A DNA stretch of 63,781 nt, the filler included, from Octopus bimaculoides (Eukaryota), in NCBI RefSeq assembly GCF_001194135.2. It is 7 parts of 7 records of this genome, joined end to end, with 100 filler letters (N's around TTAATTAATTAA, not from the genome) between each part and the next. Parts side by side here need not be neighbours in the genome. Positions count along the whole stretch, not along the records: positions 1 to 18,537 come from NC_068988.1; positions 18,638 to 27,400 come from NC_068983.1; 5 more parts are not named here. The stretch is one strand, 5' to 3'. Positions 11,812-23,618 of the stretch are shown here, one piece after another (position 1 is the stretch's first letter; the number at the start of each line of letters is the position of its first letter). Made by a program: the position numbers and the translations under genes. The notes beneath the pieces are model-generated. The model saw nothing but the letters and a program-made list of their open reading frames with translations. It searched no databases and was not told the DNA's origin.

Positions 11812-12724
11812 ATGGGATGAGATATGATGATCATAATATGATCATCCCATCATTTTGGAGATTAAATGTAAATGTGTTCCTTTCATATTTTTAAAACAGT
11901 AGGGCATGGTTTGATTGAGATTTGCTGCTATTTCTAGCAGGTCGTGCAGCCACAAAGGCTCTCCTGTTGGGTCACTATAAAGTGCAGTAAATCTCTCTTA
12001 GCTAGGAGCTAAGTGTCGTAGCAATCAAAAAACATCTGGTACCACATTTCATTGTCTTAGCAATTAGAACACACATACATATGCAAACTAAACAAGTTTG
12101 CTTTATGATAGGCAATGTGTATAAAAAAAAATAAAACAAAAGAAAAGAAACATTCCTCAATATTCACATCAAGTGTAAATGTCATGGTGACATTTACACA
12201 CACACACACACACACATCTACATGCACTGGCCTAGGAAGAGCTAATTAACCTTTCTTTTTTTTTTTTTGGTAAATTTCTTTTATATCAAATAAAATACAT
12301 GATAGATGACAAGTCAATGAGGAAACCTCAACTTGGTCTTTTGACCTGCTTGAAATTGCTGCTAAATCTTCCTAATCTCACCATACCATCTTAAAAAGAA
12401 AAAAAAAAAAACAACAACAACAAAAAGACAATGGACATCATTGGCTAATGTGATTCTCCATACACTTGGTTAAAAAAAACAAAAAAAAAAAACAAGATAA
12501 AAAAAAAGTGGTTGGAATGCTTTCTGAACAGAGCTGATAAGGGTTTCAACAATTAGAATCTATTTAAAAACTGATGTCATTTAACCCATTCATTTGTTAT
12601 AATATTAAAGACTGTCCTCGTATAAAAATTCAAAACACGAATGCACAGAAATAGTTTCAAGATTTTTTTCTCAGGGCCATGAAATGATTGATACACAGAA
12701 ATACCACACATACTATACAATATA

Positions 12725-12930
12725 TCATCATCATCATCATCATCGTTTAACGTCCGCTTTCCATGCTAGCATGGGTTGGACGATTTGACTGAGGACTGGT
12801 GAAACCGGATGGCAACACCAGGCTCCAGTCTGATTTGGCAGAGTTTCTACAGCTGGATGCCCTTCCTAACGCCAACCACTCAGAGAGTGTAGTGGGTGCT
12901 TTTACGTGTCACCCGCACGAAAACGGCCAT
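12725..12930 (-). mobile_element. SINE family D
   Basis: (cat)n cgtttaacgtccgctttccatgctagcatggg...gatgcccttcctaacgcc. Confidence 0.9.
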
Positions 12931-12980
12931 GCATACTTATATATTTATTCATCAACCTACCTACCTATCTATTTTTCTGG

Positions 12981-13016
<36 letters not shown>

Positions 13017-13020
13017 ATAT

Positions 13021-13163
13021 ATCATCATCGTCGTTTAACATCCGCTTTCCATGCTAGCATGGGTTGGACGATTTGACTGAGGATTGGTGAAACCAGATGG
13101 CTACACCAGGCTCCAATCTGATTTGGCAGAGTTTCTACAGCTGGATGCCCTTCCTAACGCCAG
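13021..13163 (-). mobile_element. SINE family D, adjacent tandem copy
   Basis: Near-identical to 12725-12870. Confidence 0.9.
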
Positions 13164-13895
13164 CATATATATATATGGAGAGAGAGAGAGAGAGAGAGAG
13201 AGATGTGGCTGCAAAATGATTTTCGGCTATGCGATCACTTGATTGTTCTCTTAACACTAGCAGCATGGGTGAGGCCTTTTAGTCCTGCTAGAAACCTACT
13301 CACTTTAGCACAGATGTGGCAATGATTGGCGCCTCTTGCAGTAAGTGTTCAGAGAGCTTTCTACCCATGTTGACACATGCCTTTGTTTCTTTCATTGAGT
13401 GTTTTGCCTTTTTTTGGTTGTGGTCAACCATGGTGTGCAACAGATAACAGAGATGTTAAAAATCAAGTGAAACCTGCCCTCAGAGCTTTTTAAAGTGAGG
13501 AAAGGCCTTGTATAGAGCCAGCCCCACTCTCTGAACAATGCATGCATTTGTCCCCCAAAAGAAGAACTAGTCTACATTATTGGATGCAAAGAAAGTCACA
13601 GGTGTTACATCACTGAATTCATTCTCCTGAAGAGATGTCTAAACAAAGACTAGCAACCTCTCACTTCCAGCTGTTGGATGACCAGGGACTCTACTGAGTC
13701 CATTTGCTTTTTTGACAAGTTTTATTTTTCATCCTGCAGGGCGTCCAACAAAAATATCAACCAAACTGCAGGTTGTCCTTGGTCACATGTTACTAATAAC
13801 ACAAAGAGTGATCTGACACACACATACACACACACACAAATATTTACATGCATTTATATTTTGCATGTATGTATGTGTAATACATGTATAATATG

Positions 13896-14270
13896 TGCTG
13901 TTGGTACTCCGTCGCTTACTCTGTCGAGGGTTCCAGTTGATCCGATCAACGGAACAGCCTGCTCGTGAAATTAACGTGCAAGTGGCTGAGCACTCCACAG
14001 ACACGTGTACCCTTAACGTAGTTCTCGGGGATATTCAGCGTGACAAGGCTGGCCCTTTGAAATACAGGTGCAACAGAAACAGGAAGAAAAAGTGAGAGAA
14101 AGTTGTGGTGAAAGAGTACAGCAGGGTTCGCCACCATCCCCTGCCGGAGCCTCATGGAGCTTTAGGTGTTTTCGCTCAATAAACACTCACAACGCCCGGT
14201 CTGGGAATCGAAACTGCGATCCTATGACCGTGAGTCCACTGCCCTAACCACTGGGCCATTGCGCCTCCAC
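13896..14270 (-). mobile_element. SINE family A, full length
   Basis: Matches 1-302 and the reverse complement of 16125-16497. Confidence 0.92.
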
Positions 14271-14696
14271 TGTCTATAATATATATATACAAACACACAC
14301 ACACATGTTGTTGCTCTCCACACAACAATGTATACAGCTTACAGGTAATGGGACTTGAAAATTTAGCTAAGCTGGTTCTATGTAATGTTTCAAGTTATAT
14401 TAACAAACATTGTTTTAGCTATGAAACAGTCCACTGGTTCTATTTTTTACCACCTCAAGATTCTATTCATATTTGTAGCAACTTTAGTTGCTCGACTGTA
14501 AGTTGTATGGCGACTGCCAGCTTATCAAAATTTCCTTGGATTTCAATATGGGATGAAGTGTGTAACTTGCAATATTAATAAACTCATTTTACTGTATATT
14601 GCACACCTTTTGCTAGTTGTATACACGATTGAAGCTTACTAACTTCTTACACTTAGATCCTTGAATTGTACTTGCCTATTACTATAAATTCATATA

Positions 14697-15095
14697 CTCA
14701 TCATCATTTAACATCCGTTGTCCATGCTGGCATGGGTTGGACGGTTTGACCAGGGCTAGCAAGCTGAGGGGCTGCACCAGACTCCAGTCTGATTTGGCAT
14801 TGTTTCTATCATTGGATGCCCTTCCTAGTCTATCACTCTCTTTTGCTGAACCGCTAAGTTATGAGTATATAAACACACCAATACCAATTGTTAAGCAGTA
14901 GTGGGGGAACAAATACACACACAAATATACATACATCTATATATATACATATATATATGTATATATATGTTAAATTTCTTTCAGTTTCTGCCTACCAAAT
15001 CCACTCACAAGGGTTTGTCAGCCCAAAGTGCTACTGAGTGGGACTGAAGCTGGTACCATGTGGTTGGGAAGCAAGCTTCTTACCATGTAGCTATG
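14697..15095 (-). mobile_element. SINE family D tail (14697-14828) joined to a family C body and head
   Basis: D-type ggatgcccttcct runs directly into C-type tctcttttgctgaaccgctaag. Confidence 0.75.
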
Positions 15096-15649
15096 CGTAT
15101 TCATAATGTCACCATACTCTTTTAGTCACCTTCTGAGACATGATACTTTGACCCCCTGTCACCATCATCCTGCCTTACTTTCCCTGGCACCACACACCAT
15201 CTCTATTCACCCATACATAATGTAAGGTTTCCCTGAATCTCCCCCCCAAATCCATCCACCCGTCTTCCTTGTTACTCTTTGACTCTATCACTAATCCATG
15301 ACATTATTTATTCTCTTTCCCTTCTATTGCACCTTGCCCCAATGCTGTCAGTATCTCCACTCACAGCTTCTCACCACAAAGAAACAAGTTTACTTAACAT
15401 ACTTTATATTGTCAACACACCAGCTAAAGTCACTAGCCTCTCTCTTGTTCTCCTTCACCATGTGGAAGAAAGCAAACTTCGCTAGTGCTGATGTCATGGA
15501 AAAATCAGCCAGTACTCTCTATAAAGTGGCTGTAATCAGGAAAAGCATCCCATCATAAGAAACGTATCAAAACTGAAATACTGGGACAAGACATGGTCCT
15601 TCAGCCTATTGGATATTGTTGAAATTTCAATCCATATTATCATGGAAAG

Positions 15650-16010
15650 TGACTGTAGTGAGAAATTTGCTTTCTAACTACATGGTCCTGGGTTCAATCC
15701 TAAGTTATGGTACCTTGGGCAACTATCTTCTACTATAGCCCTGGGCTAACCAAAGCCCTATGAGTGAATTTAGTAGATGGAAACTGAAAGAAGATGGTCA
15801 TGTGTGTGTGTGCTAATGTCTCATAATGCAAGTGATGTCCTTTGTTCCCAACTCTCGGGTGAAAACATGTCTGGATATGGGGAAATATTACCTCACTTGG
15901 AAACAGTCGTGGGTTGGCAACAGGGAGGAGATCTGACTGGAGAAAATCTGCCTCAACAAAATTTCCACCTAACCTAAGCAAGCATGGAATAGAGAACATT
16001 ATGATGATGA
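15650..16010 (+). mobile_element. Chimeric SINE: family C head with an alternative RTE-like tail
   Basis: C head up to gatggaaactgaaagaag, (tg)n, then ...gcaagcatggaatagagaacattatgatgatga. Confidence 0.7.
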
Positions 16011-16124
16011 CACACACACACACACACAGATACTTATGTGGGATACCTTCTTTGGGGAAATATTTTCTAGTTTTTTTTTTTTGCAGTAACTAGCTGTGTT
16101 ATAGTCCTTATATTTATCTATGAA

Positions 16125-16497
16125 TGTGGAGGCGCAATGACCCAGTGGTTAGGGCAGTGGACTCGCGGTTTCGATTCCCAGACCGGGCATTGTGAGTGTT
16201 TATTGAGCAAAAACACCTAAAGCTCCACGAGGCTCCGGTAGGGGATGGTGGCGAACCCTGCTGTACTCTTTCACCACAACTTTCTCTCACTCTTACTTCC
16301 TGTTTCTGTTGTACCTGTAATTCAAAGGGTCAGCCTTGTCACACTGTGTCACGCTGAATATCCCTGAGAACTACGTTAAGGGTACACATGTCTGTGGAAT
16401 GCTCAGCCACTTGCACGTTAATTTCACGAGCAGGCTGTTTCGTTGATCGGATCAACTGGAACCCTCGACGTCATAAGCGACAGAGTGCCAACAACAA
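16125..16497 (+). mobile_element. SINE family A, full length
   Basis: tgtggaggcgcaatgacccagtggttagggcag...gtgccaacaacaa. Confidence 0.92.
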
Positions 16498-17051
16498 GTA
16501 TCCTAAAGCTTTACTGCTTAGCTGTATTTTACATAAATAAAAACATTAGAAATTAAAAATGGAATACATGGAACCTGTATTATACTCATCTTTTATTTTG
16601 TAATAATACTGTATATTGTAAAGCGTCACCCCTTACATATCTCCAACTCATTGGTCTTGCTATCTCTTGTCACCCTTGGTGTGTTTAAAATCTTCCCTCC
16701 ACTACTCCAAACTAACCATTATACCCAGCACCTTTCTTCCTAGAATACTAGGCTCCTTCTGCTGGAAACTTCTTTCTCTTCATAACTTTCCTGTCGGTAT
16801 TTTAAACAGAACATTAAGGACATCAGCCTCACTGGTTTCCGAGGGCCTGCAAGGGTCATGGGAAATATTATTTCCTCCAGGATCAACACATTAAAAACCT
16901 AAAAAGCTAGTGAATGGAGCATAAACTAACATGAAGTATTGATGGAAAATATTCATTCAGAATTAAAGCGGAAAGTTTGTATCAGAGAACCTGAGATGAT
17001 CTCGGGCAGGATAGTATCAGAAGGGTTAAGGATGTTATTATAAAAGAACTG

Positions 17052-17395
17052 TTTCAGTCATTTGACTGCAACCATGCTGGGGTACCACCTTAAAGGGTGT
17101 TTTAGGTCAAAGAAATCAACCTCAGGACAGAACTTGCTCTTTGTAAGCTAAGTACTAATTTACAGGGATGTAAACACACCAACATCAGTTGTCAAGTGAT
17201 GGTGGGGGGACAAATAAAGACACTCATATAAATACACACACACATACATACATACATATACACACACACACAATGGGCTTCTTTCAGTTTCTGTCTACCA
17301 AATCCACTCACAAGACTTTGGTTGCCCCGAAGCTATAGTAGAAGATACATGCCCAAGGTGCCACACAGTGGGACTGAACCTGGAACCATGTGGCT
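17052..17395 (-). mobile_element. SINE family C
   Basis: tttcagtcatttgactgcaaccatgctgg...gggactgaacctggaaccatgtgg. Confidence 0.85.
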
Positions 17396-17469
17396 ATAAC
17401 TAACTAAAATTTATTAGCTTAAATCCACTTAGTGCTGCTCTTTACTAAATCAAATCTGTTCTTCTTGAG

Positions 17470-17741
17470 CAGTGGGTCTCAACTGAGGTCCGTATGACCC
17501 TTGGCAATCCATATAAAGTTGTGCCATTGAAATTTATGTGCCATAAATTGGTTATGCCTCAACAATACACAAGATATTTTGATTTTTTGTTACAATTCCT
17601 AATAATATTACAAAAATATAATATAAATTTCTTTAAACATCAAATGGTTTTTCGGGTCTGTCTGAGTGAAACAGGAATTATAGGGGTCCATCAGTAAATG
17701 ACAATTGAGAAATATTCATGGAAATGAATAGAGAACCACTC
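17470..17741. mobile_element. hAT (Charlie-like) MITE; related 3' fragment at about 19120-19256
   Basis: Ends cagtgggtctcaa and gagaaccact; right flank ctctagag fits the Charlie NTCTAGAN target; acaattcctaataatatt shared with 19140. Confidence 0.6.
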
Positions 17742-17829
17742 CTCTAGAGAGAAGGGAAAAGGTTATGTACAAAATTAAATCAGTATCTTTTAAAGAAACC
17801 CTATGCTGTTCTTCAATACAAAGTGTCAT

Positions 17830-18290
17830 ATCATCATCCTCATCATCATCGTTTAACGTCCACTTTCCATGCTAGCATGGGTTGGACGATTTAACTGAGG
17901 ACTGGTGAACCAGGTGGCTGCACCAGGCTCCCATCTGATTTGGCAGAGTTTCTACAGCTGGATGCCCTTCCTAACACCAACCACTCTGAGAGTGTAGTGG
18001 GCGCTTTTACGTGCCATCGGCACGAAGGCCAGTCTGGCGGTACTGGCAACGGCTACGCTCAAAATGGTGTATTTTACGTGCCACCTGCCAGTCCAGTGGC
18101 ACTGGCAACAATCTCGCTCGAATGTCTTTTCACGTGCCACCAGCACAAGTGCCAGGAAGGCGAGGCTGATAACGATTGCGCTCAAATGGTGCTATTTACA
18201 TGCCACCGGCACAGAAGCCAGGCAGCTGCTCTGGCAGCGATCACGCACGAACGGTGCTCTTAGCGCTCCACTGGTACAGGTGCCATCACA
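17830..18290 (-). mobile_element. SINE family D, long copy with internal tandem tttacgtgccacc units
   Basis: D tail plus about 4 repeats of ttt(t/c)ac(g/a)tgcca... spaced 50-65 bp. Confidence 0.85.
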
Positions 18291-18537
18291 TGGGAAATAG
18301 TTTGTAGTTTAAAAAGAATGGTTTTCATTCTCACCATTTCTCTGTAGCACCAAGCTGTTTTCTCAAATCAATTGAAATATTTTTGCTTTGCAATATTATT
18401 ACCAGTTTAAATATGTTTGTGGCATATTTGATCTTGTAAACAAGCCATTCACTTTGTTTTGTCATGAAGAAAATTTCTCGCTGTAGACAAAACACAGTGA
18501 ATTACTTGTTTATGAGTTCAAACGTGCCACAAGCATT

Positions 18538-18637
18538 NNNNNNNNNNNNNNNNNNNNNNNNNNNNNNNNNNNNNNNNNNNNTTAATTAATTAANNNNNNN
18601 NNNNNNNNNNNNNNNNNNNNNNNNNNNNNNNNNNNNN
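18538..18637. other. Assembly gap with TTAATTAATTAA spacer; also near 27445, 35109, 38118, 60400 and 62346
   Basis: The same 12-mer with stops in all six frames sits between N runs six times. Confidence 0.95.
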
Positions 18638-18940
18638 ATAGAGATAACTCGAATGTGGAATCTAAAAACAGAAACAATTCCTATCATAGTAGGTGCCTTA
18701 GGTATAATAAAAAAATATTCAGACAAATACATAACAAAAACACCAGGACTTACAAATATATATAACATACAGAAAATTGCACTACTGGGTACTGCACACA
18801 TTCTACGCAAAACACTTTCAATACAGTAAACATAAGAGCACCACAGCAAACCACAGCACATACCCAAGGCGCACAGAGCTGCGCTCGGTAGTGAAGTGAA
18901 AGCACGTTATAAAAATAAAACTACTGAATAATAATAATAA
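18638..18940 (+). mobile_element. R4/Dong-clade LINE 3' end
   Basis: + strand reads IEITRMWNLKTETIPIIVGALG...IQKIALLGTAHILRKTLSIQ*, then 3' UTR and (taa)n. Confidence 0.85.
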
Positions 18941-19095
18941 TAACATCGAAAAATACCTTAGGAATGAGAACCCAGGTTCGAAATTTCCTCAAGACACCTG
19001 AAGAAGGCTAGAGGGCATATCATCCGAAACGTTGTGTTAACAACAAACAAGACAAATATCCGTCGAATGTAATAATGTAATGAATGTAAAGAATT
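18940..19095 (+). mobile_element. Penelope-type terminal repeat, family F
   Basis: aacatcgaaaaataccttaggaatgagaacccagg...aatgtaataatgtaatg. Confidence 0.75.
18993..19038 (+). ncRNA. Minimal type I hammerhead ribozyme fold (stem II degenerate in this copy)
   Basis: gacac|CTGAAGA|a|ggcta...catcc|GAAAC GTT|gtgtt: helix I gacac/gtgtt, palindromic ACGT helix III. Confidence 0.6.
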
Positions 19096-19263
19096 GCTTT
19101 GTATTTCTACACTACACAAAATATTTAAACATTTTTTATACAATTCCTAATAATATTTAATCATAAGAATATAATAGGAGTTTATTATGACAACCCACCC
19201 CTGAGTACATTGGGAATCACAGGGATCCATAGGCAAAAAATGTTTGAGGACTACTGATCTAAG

Positions 19264-19545
19264 CTACAAAGAGAAAGAATAAGAAAATTTAGGGTAGAGT
19301 GGTGGGGTTGTGTTTTTGAAGTAACTGCATTGAGACTTGTTAAAACTTTGGCAGCATACAGTAGCAGAATAAATATTATAGATCCTGTCTCCAATTCTGC
19401 GTACACATGTACGTCCAGGATAATGTATCTCGAATTCATTCAATTTTCTGGTATTTGCTACTAATTTAATTAGAATTAACATCAATAATAAAATACTTAA
19501 AAGTAACTGCAATGGCAATCTACGGTCATTTAAATTACGAAACAT
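19264..19545 (-). CDS. Candidate first coding exon of a secreted or membrane-anchored protein, unidentified
   Basis: ATG at 19545; MFRNLNDRRLPLQLLLSILLLMLILIKLVA (basic N-region plus hydrophobic core) then Cys-containing TCVRRIGDRIYNIYSATVCC; non-repetitive; possible donor GTATGC after ...SAT. Confidence 0.4.
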   Translation of the reverse strand: MFRNLNDRRLPLQLLLSILLLMLILIKLVANTRKLNEFEIHYPGRTCVRRIGDRIYNIYSATVCCQSFNKSQCSYFKNTTPPLYPKFSYSFSL

Positions 19546-20470
19546 AGCAGTCAAATCTCACTCAGACTCCACTCCGCTGTCTTCACGAAAGAAGGTCATA
19601 TTAGAAAATGTAGCCCAGGTATACAAACAGGAAACGGATCAGGATAATCATAACTAGAATTTTTTTGATCATAAGTCTGGATAAGGGCTGGCCTGGGGCT
19701 AAAACACAACAGCAACATCAACAATATCCACAGCAACCACAAGAACAATATCAACAGCTATATCGATTCCAAGAACAACAAAAATAAAATAAATAAACCG
19801 ATGGCGAACATCGTGATAACAACATCGATATCAATCTCTCCACCAACAATACCACCTAGATCAGAATTAACAACCATGACTATAAACATTACGTTTAATA
19901 CCGATATACGTTTCTCTAAACATTGATTATCGACTCCACACCGGATTAATAGCTGTGACCGGTCTTAAGAGTCACTAATTCATTATTTGGCCGTTCAGAC
20001 GTTAGGCAAATAGCCTCAGAATTCGTTCGGTTTGATTAGTCACGCACTGTGCCAACTGACAGTGTAAATGAGTGACAATGGCGAACACCTCCTGAAGCCT
20101 GCAACACTGCAATGCACGCCAGTTGTAGTTGACAAGCTGTACAATAGAGGATAAATTGTTTAAACCCCTTGCAGACGTGCCTTGTAATGATATAGCAAAC
20201 AGTTCGGTATGTGTGAGAGCGATATCATTTACTTCACAGATCTAAACCGAACTAGCTTTACCTGAAAGTTGATTTACACGTAGTTAAATGTCTGCTTTCT
20301 TCAGAAATATAGAGAGAAAAGAGGGACGTAAAAAAGAAAAAAAAAGATAAACTATGGAAGCCAGTGAAGTGTTAGGAGATGGTGAGAGAAACGATGAAGA
20401 ACATTAAATGATGAAGGAGACAGGAAAGAAACCAAAACTTAAAGAAACGGCAACAAACGCGTATAATTAA
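19540..20470. promoter_or_regulatory. CpG-richer unique island, candidate promoter or 5' UTR
   Basis: Many intact CG dinucleotides amid CpG-poor flanks (judged by eye); minus-strand donor-like CAG|GTAAAG near 20262. Confidence 0.35.
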
Positions 20471-20721
20471 GATATGTATATATAAATGATATTCTTATAC
20501 TTGTTTCAGTCATTCGACTGCGGCCATGCTGGAGCACTGCATTGACAGATTTAGTCGATCAAATCGACCCCAGGAGTTATATCATTTTTAAAGCCTATTA
20601 CTTATTCTATCGGTCTGTTTTGGAAAACCGTATGTTATTAGAATGTAAACATACCAACATGAGTTGTCAAACGGTGACAGGAGGACACACACACACACAT
20701 ACACACACATATTTATATATA

Positions 20722-21716
20722 CATGGTGCGGTGAATAAATTGTCGTCTAAATTACGCAAAAGTGAAAATAACACTGACATCTCATTTTAACAGATATATT
20801 TACCAAATAACATGAAAATATCTTGAAATACTAAACAGTAAATCTATTTAATAAAATCGCCATTGGTTTCAACCACAGCCTCCAGACGACTTTGGAATCT
20901 TCTACAACTCTTCTGGACGGTCTCCTTGTTTAAGTTGGTGAATNNNNNNNNNNTTCTACAACTCTTCTGGACGGTCTCCTTGTTTAAGTTGGTGAATGCT
21001 GCCATAATCTTTGCCTTCAGTTCATCTTTGGTGTTACAAGGAGTTTTTTTGCTCTCTCGCTCAACTGCACCCCACACGTAATAACCAAATAATCAAGGGG
21101 GTTGCAGCCTGGGGAGTTAGGTGGCCAAATGTTAGGAGTGATGCGGTCAGATAAATTGTCTGACAGCCAAGACTGGGTTCTCCTGCTTGTATGGCATGGT
21201 ACAGAGTCCTGTTGCCAGAGATAAGGTCTTCAGCAGCCACCCTCTTCACACAGGGCAGCGCTACTTCCTCCAGGTATTTGATGTAGGCCTGTGTTGAGTC
21301 TGAGGCCGTGTGGGAAGATGAATGGAGGCATAACAATCACCATCACTAGTAATCGCCCCAAACACCATGATATTGGCTGGATGTCTGATTTTTATCACTC
21401 TCAGTACAAGTCCTCAGATTGCACTGTCCTCAGATTGCACTGTCCTCAGATTGCACTGTCCTCAGATTGCACTGTCCTCAGATTGACACCCAATCGCTGT
21501 GAAAAGTTCGTATTGGAGCTTCCGGCACGAACGTCAAGAAGTACAACATGTTGTTTCCAAATTTCTAGAAGTGTGAATTGCGTCATGGTGCTGTTTTTCT
21601 CACAGGCGATACCTAACTGGTACTACTATACTGAGTAGTCGACAAAATCAAAACAAACAATGCACATGCGCGAAATTAAAAGCATAATGTGGCGAAAATT
21701 TACTCATCGCACCCTG
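20722..21716 (-). mobile_element. Tc1/mariner maT (DD37D) element, internally deleted
   Basis: TA|catggtgcggtgaataaatt ... aatttactcatcgcaccctg|TA; QQDSVPCHTSRRTQSWLSDNLSDRITPNIWPPNSPGCNPLDY has 37 residues between the two D; ATG at 21586. Confidence 0.9.
21411..21485. repeat. 16-bp tandem repeat, about 4.7 copies, inside maT
   Basis: tcctcagattgcactg four times plus a partial unit. Confidence 0.95.
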
Positions 21717-21805
21717 TATATATACGACAGGTTTCTTTCAGTTTCTTTCTACCTAATCCACCCACAAGGATTTGATCAGCCCAAGGCTAAACTAGAAAAC
21801 ACTTG

Positions 21806-22169
21806 ATCAAGGTTTGAACTCAGCGAGATTTTAGCCTGGAGCGTAAAGATATACCGCAAGACATTTTTTCCGACGCTCTAAAGTTTCTGCCAGCTCACCG
21901 CTTTAATAATAATGATTTCAAGTTTTGGCACAGGGCCAGAAACTTCTGGGAGAGGGGAGTCTATTACATCGATCCCCACCCCCAATAATCAACTAGTACT
22001 TATTTTATTGACCCCAAAAGGCAAAGTCGATAAAAAGCCTCTAAGCGTTTTTCCCCGCGGGCTAACGATGAAATTAATATCAGTGCGTAACTGGTACTAA
22101 TTTTATCGATCCTGAAAGAATGAAAGGCAAAGTCGACCTCAGCAGAATTTGAGGAATGTAACGGAATGT
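21806..22169 (-). mobile_element. Stacked SINE family B fragments
   Basis: tttctgccagctcaccgc head; ggcaaagtcgacctcagcagaatttga. Confidence 0.75.
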
Positions 22170-23137
22170 NNNNNNNNNNNNNNNNNNNNNNNNNNNNNNN
22201 NNNNNNNNNNNNNNNNNNNNNNNNNNNNNNNNNNNNNNNNNNNNNNNNNNNNNNNNNNNNNNNNNNNNNNNNNNNNNNNNNNNNNNNNNNNNNNNNNNNN
22301 NNNNNNNNNNNNNNNNNNNNNNNNNNNNNNNNNNNNNNNNNNNNNNNNNNNNNNNNNNNNNNNNNNNNNNNNNNNNNNNNNNNNNNNNNNNNNNNNNNNN
22401 NNNNNNNNNNNNNNNNNNNNNNNNNNNNNNNNNNNNNNNNNNNNNNNNNNNNNNNNNNNNNNNNNNNNNNNNNNNNNNNNNNNNNNNNNNNNNNNNNNNN
22501 NNNNNNNNNNNNNNNNNNNNNNNNNNNNNNNNNNNNNNNNNNNNNNNNNNNNNNNNNNNNNNNNNNNNNNNNNNNNNNNNNNNNNNNNNNNNNNNNNNNN
22601 NNNNNNNNNNNNNNNNNNNNNNNNNNNNNNNNNNNNNNNNNNNNNNNNNNNNNNNNNNNNNNNNNNNNNNNNNNNNNNNNNNNNNNNNNNNNNNNNNNNN
22701 NNNNNNNNNNNNNNNNNNNNNNNNNNNNNNNNNNNNNNNNNNNNNNNNNNNNNNNNNNNNNNNNNNNNNNNNNNNNNNNNNNNNNNNNNNNNNNNNNNNN
22801 NNNNNNNNNNNNNNNNNNNNNNNNNNNNNNNNNNNNNNNNNNNNNNNNNNNNNNNNNNNNNNNNNNNNNNNNNNNNNNNNNNNNNNNNNNNNNNNNNNNN
22901 NNNNNNNNNNNNNNNNNNNNNNNNNNNNNNNNNAAGAAGAAGAAGAAGAAGAAGAAGAAGAAGAAGAAGAAGAAGAAGAAGAAGAAGAAGAAGAATTATA
23001 ATAATTTCTTTTACTATCCACAAGGGTATAGGTGAGGCGGACCTCAAATAGACAGTCTACAATTCTGCAGGTATTTGCGAAAAGGATGGAGAGAAAGAAA
23101 TGAAAAAGACGGTGAGATGCGATAAAAGTATACATAT

Positions 23138-23352
23138 TCCTTTCTACTCTAGGCACAAGGTCCGAAATTTTGGGGGAGGGGCCAGTCGATTAGATCGACC
23201 TCAGTACGAAACAGGTACTTAATTTATCGACCCCAAAAAGATGAAGGGCAATGTCGACTTCGGTGCAATTTGAACTCAGAATGTAAAGACAGACGAAATA
23301 CTGCTAAGCATTTCGTCCTGCGTGCTGACGTTTCTGCCAGCTCGCCGCCTTG
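23138..23352 (-). mobile_element. SINE family B, full length
   Basis: tttctactctaggcacaagg...tttctgccagctcgccgcct. Confidence 0.9.
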
Positions 23353-23556
23353 CATAATACGTATATAAATATATACATATTATGCAAAGAATATGACTAC
23401 ATGAGTAATGAAATCCTCCTGATGCAGGATGAACTCCAGCTAGGGCCAACCCAAGAACCCCACAGATCCATGATGATTCTGACCACAAAATGCATGAGCC
23501 CTCTCCCAGCTGTTACTCTCTGATCTACAGGTGCATGCTTAGTATATGAACACTCG

Positions 23557-23618
<62 letters not shown>

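Larger units (their letters stand above)
20494..21800 (-). mobile_element. SINE family C split by a maT insertion
   Basis: Tail and body at 20494-20720; continuation tacgacaggtttctttcagtttc...ccacccacaagg at 21721-21800. Confidence 0.8.

Noticed and set aside
14440-14580. Protein-like minus-strand frames (death-domain-like or FN3-like)
   Set aside because: Both frames are short, end in stops, and lack a convincing splice pair
16125-16190. SINE heads as true tRNA genes
   Set aside because: They run straight into SINE bodies, and I could not fold complete cloverleaves
18582-18593. TTAATTAATTAA recurring six times
   Set aside because: Always between N runs; a scaffolding spacer, not biology
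20899-20998. ~45-bp duplication around a 10-N gap in maT copy 1
   Set aside because: Typical unmerged contig overlap; absent from copy 2
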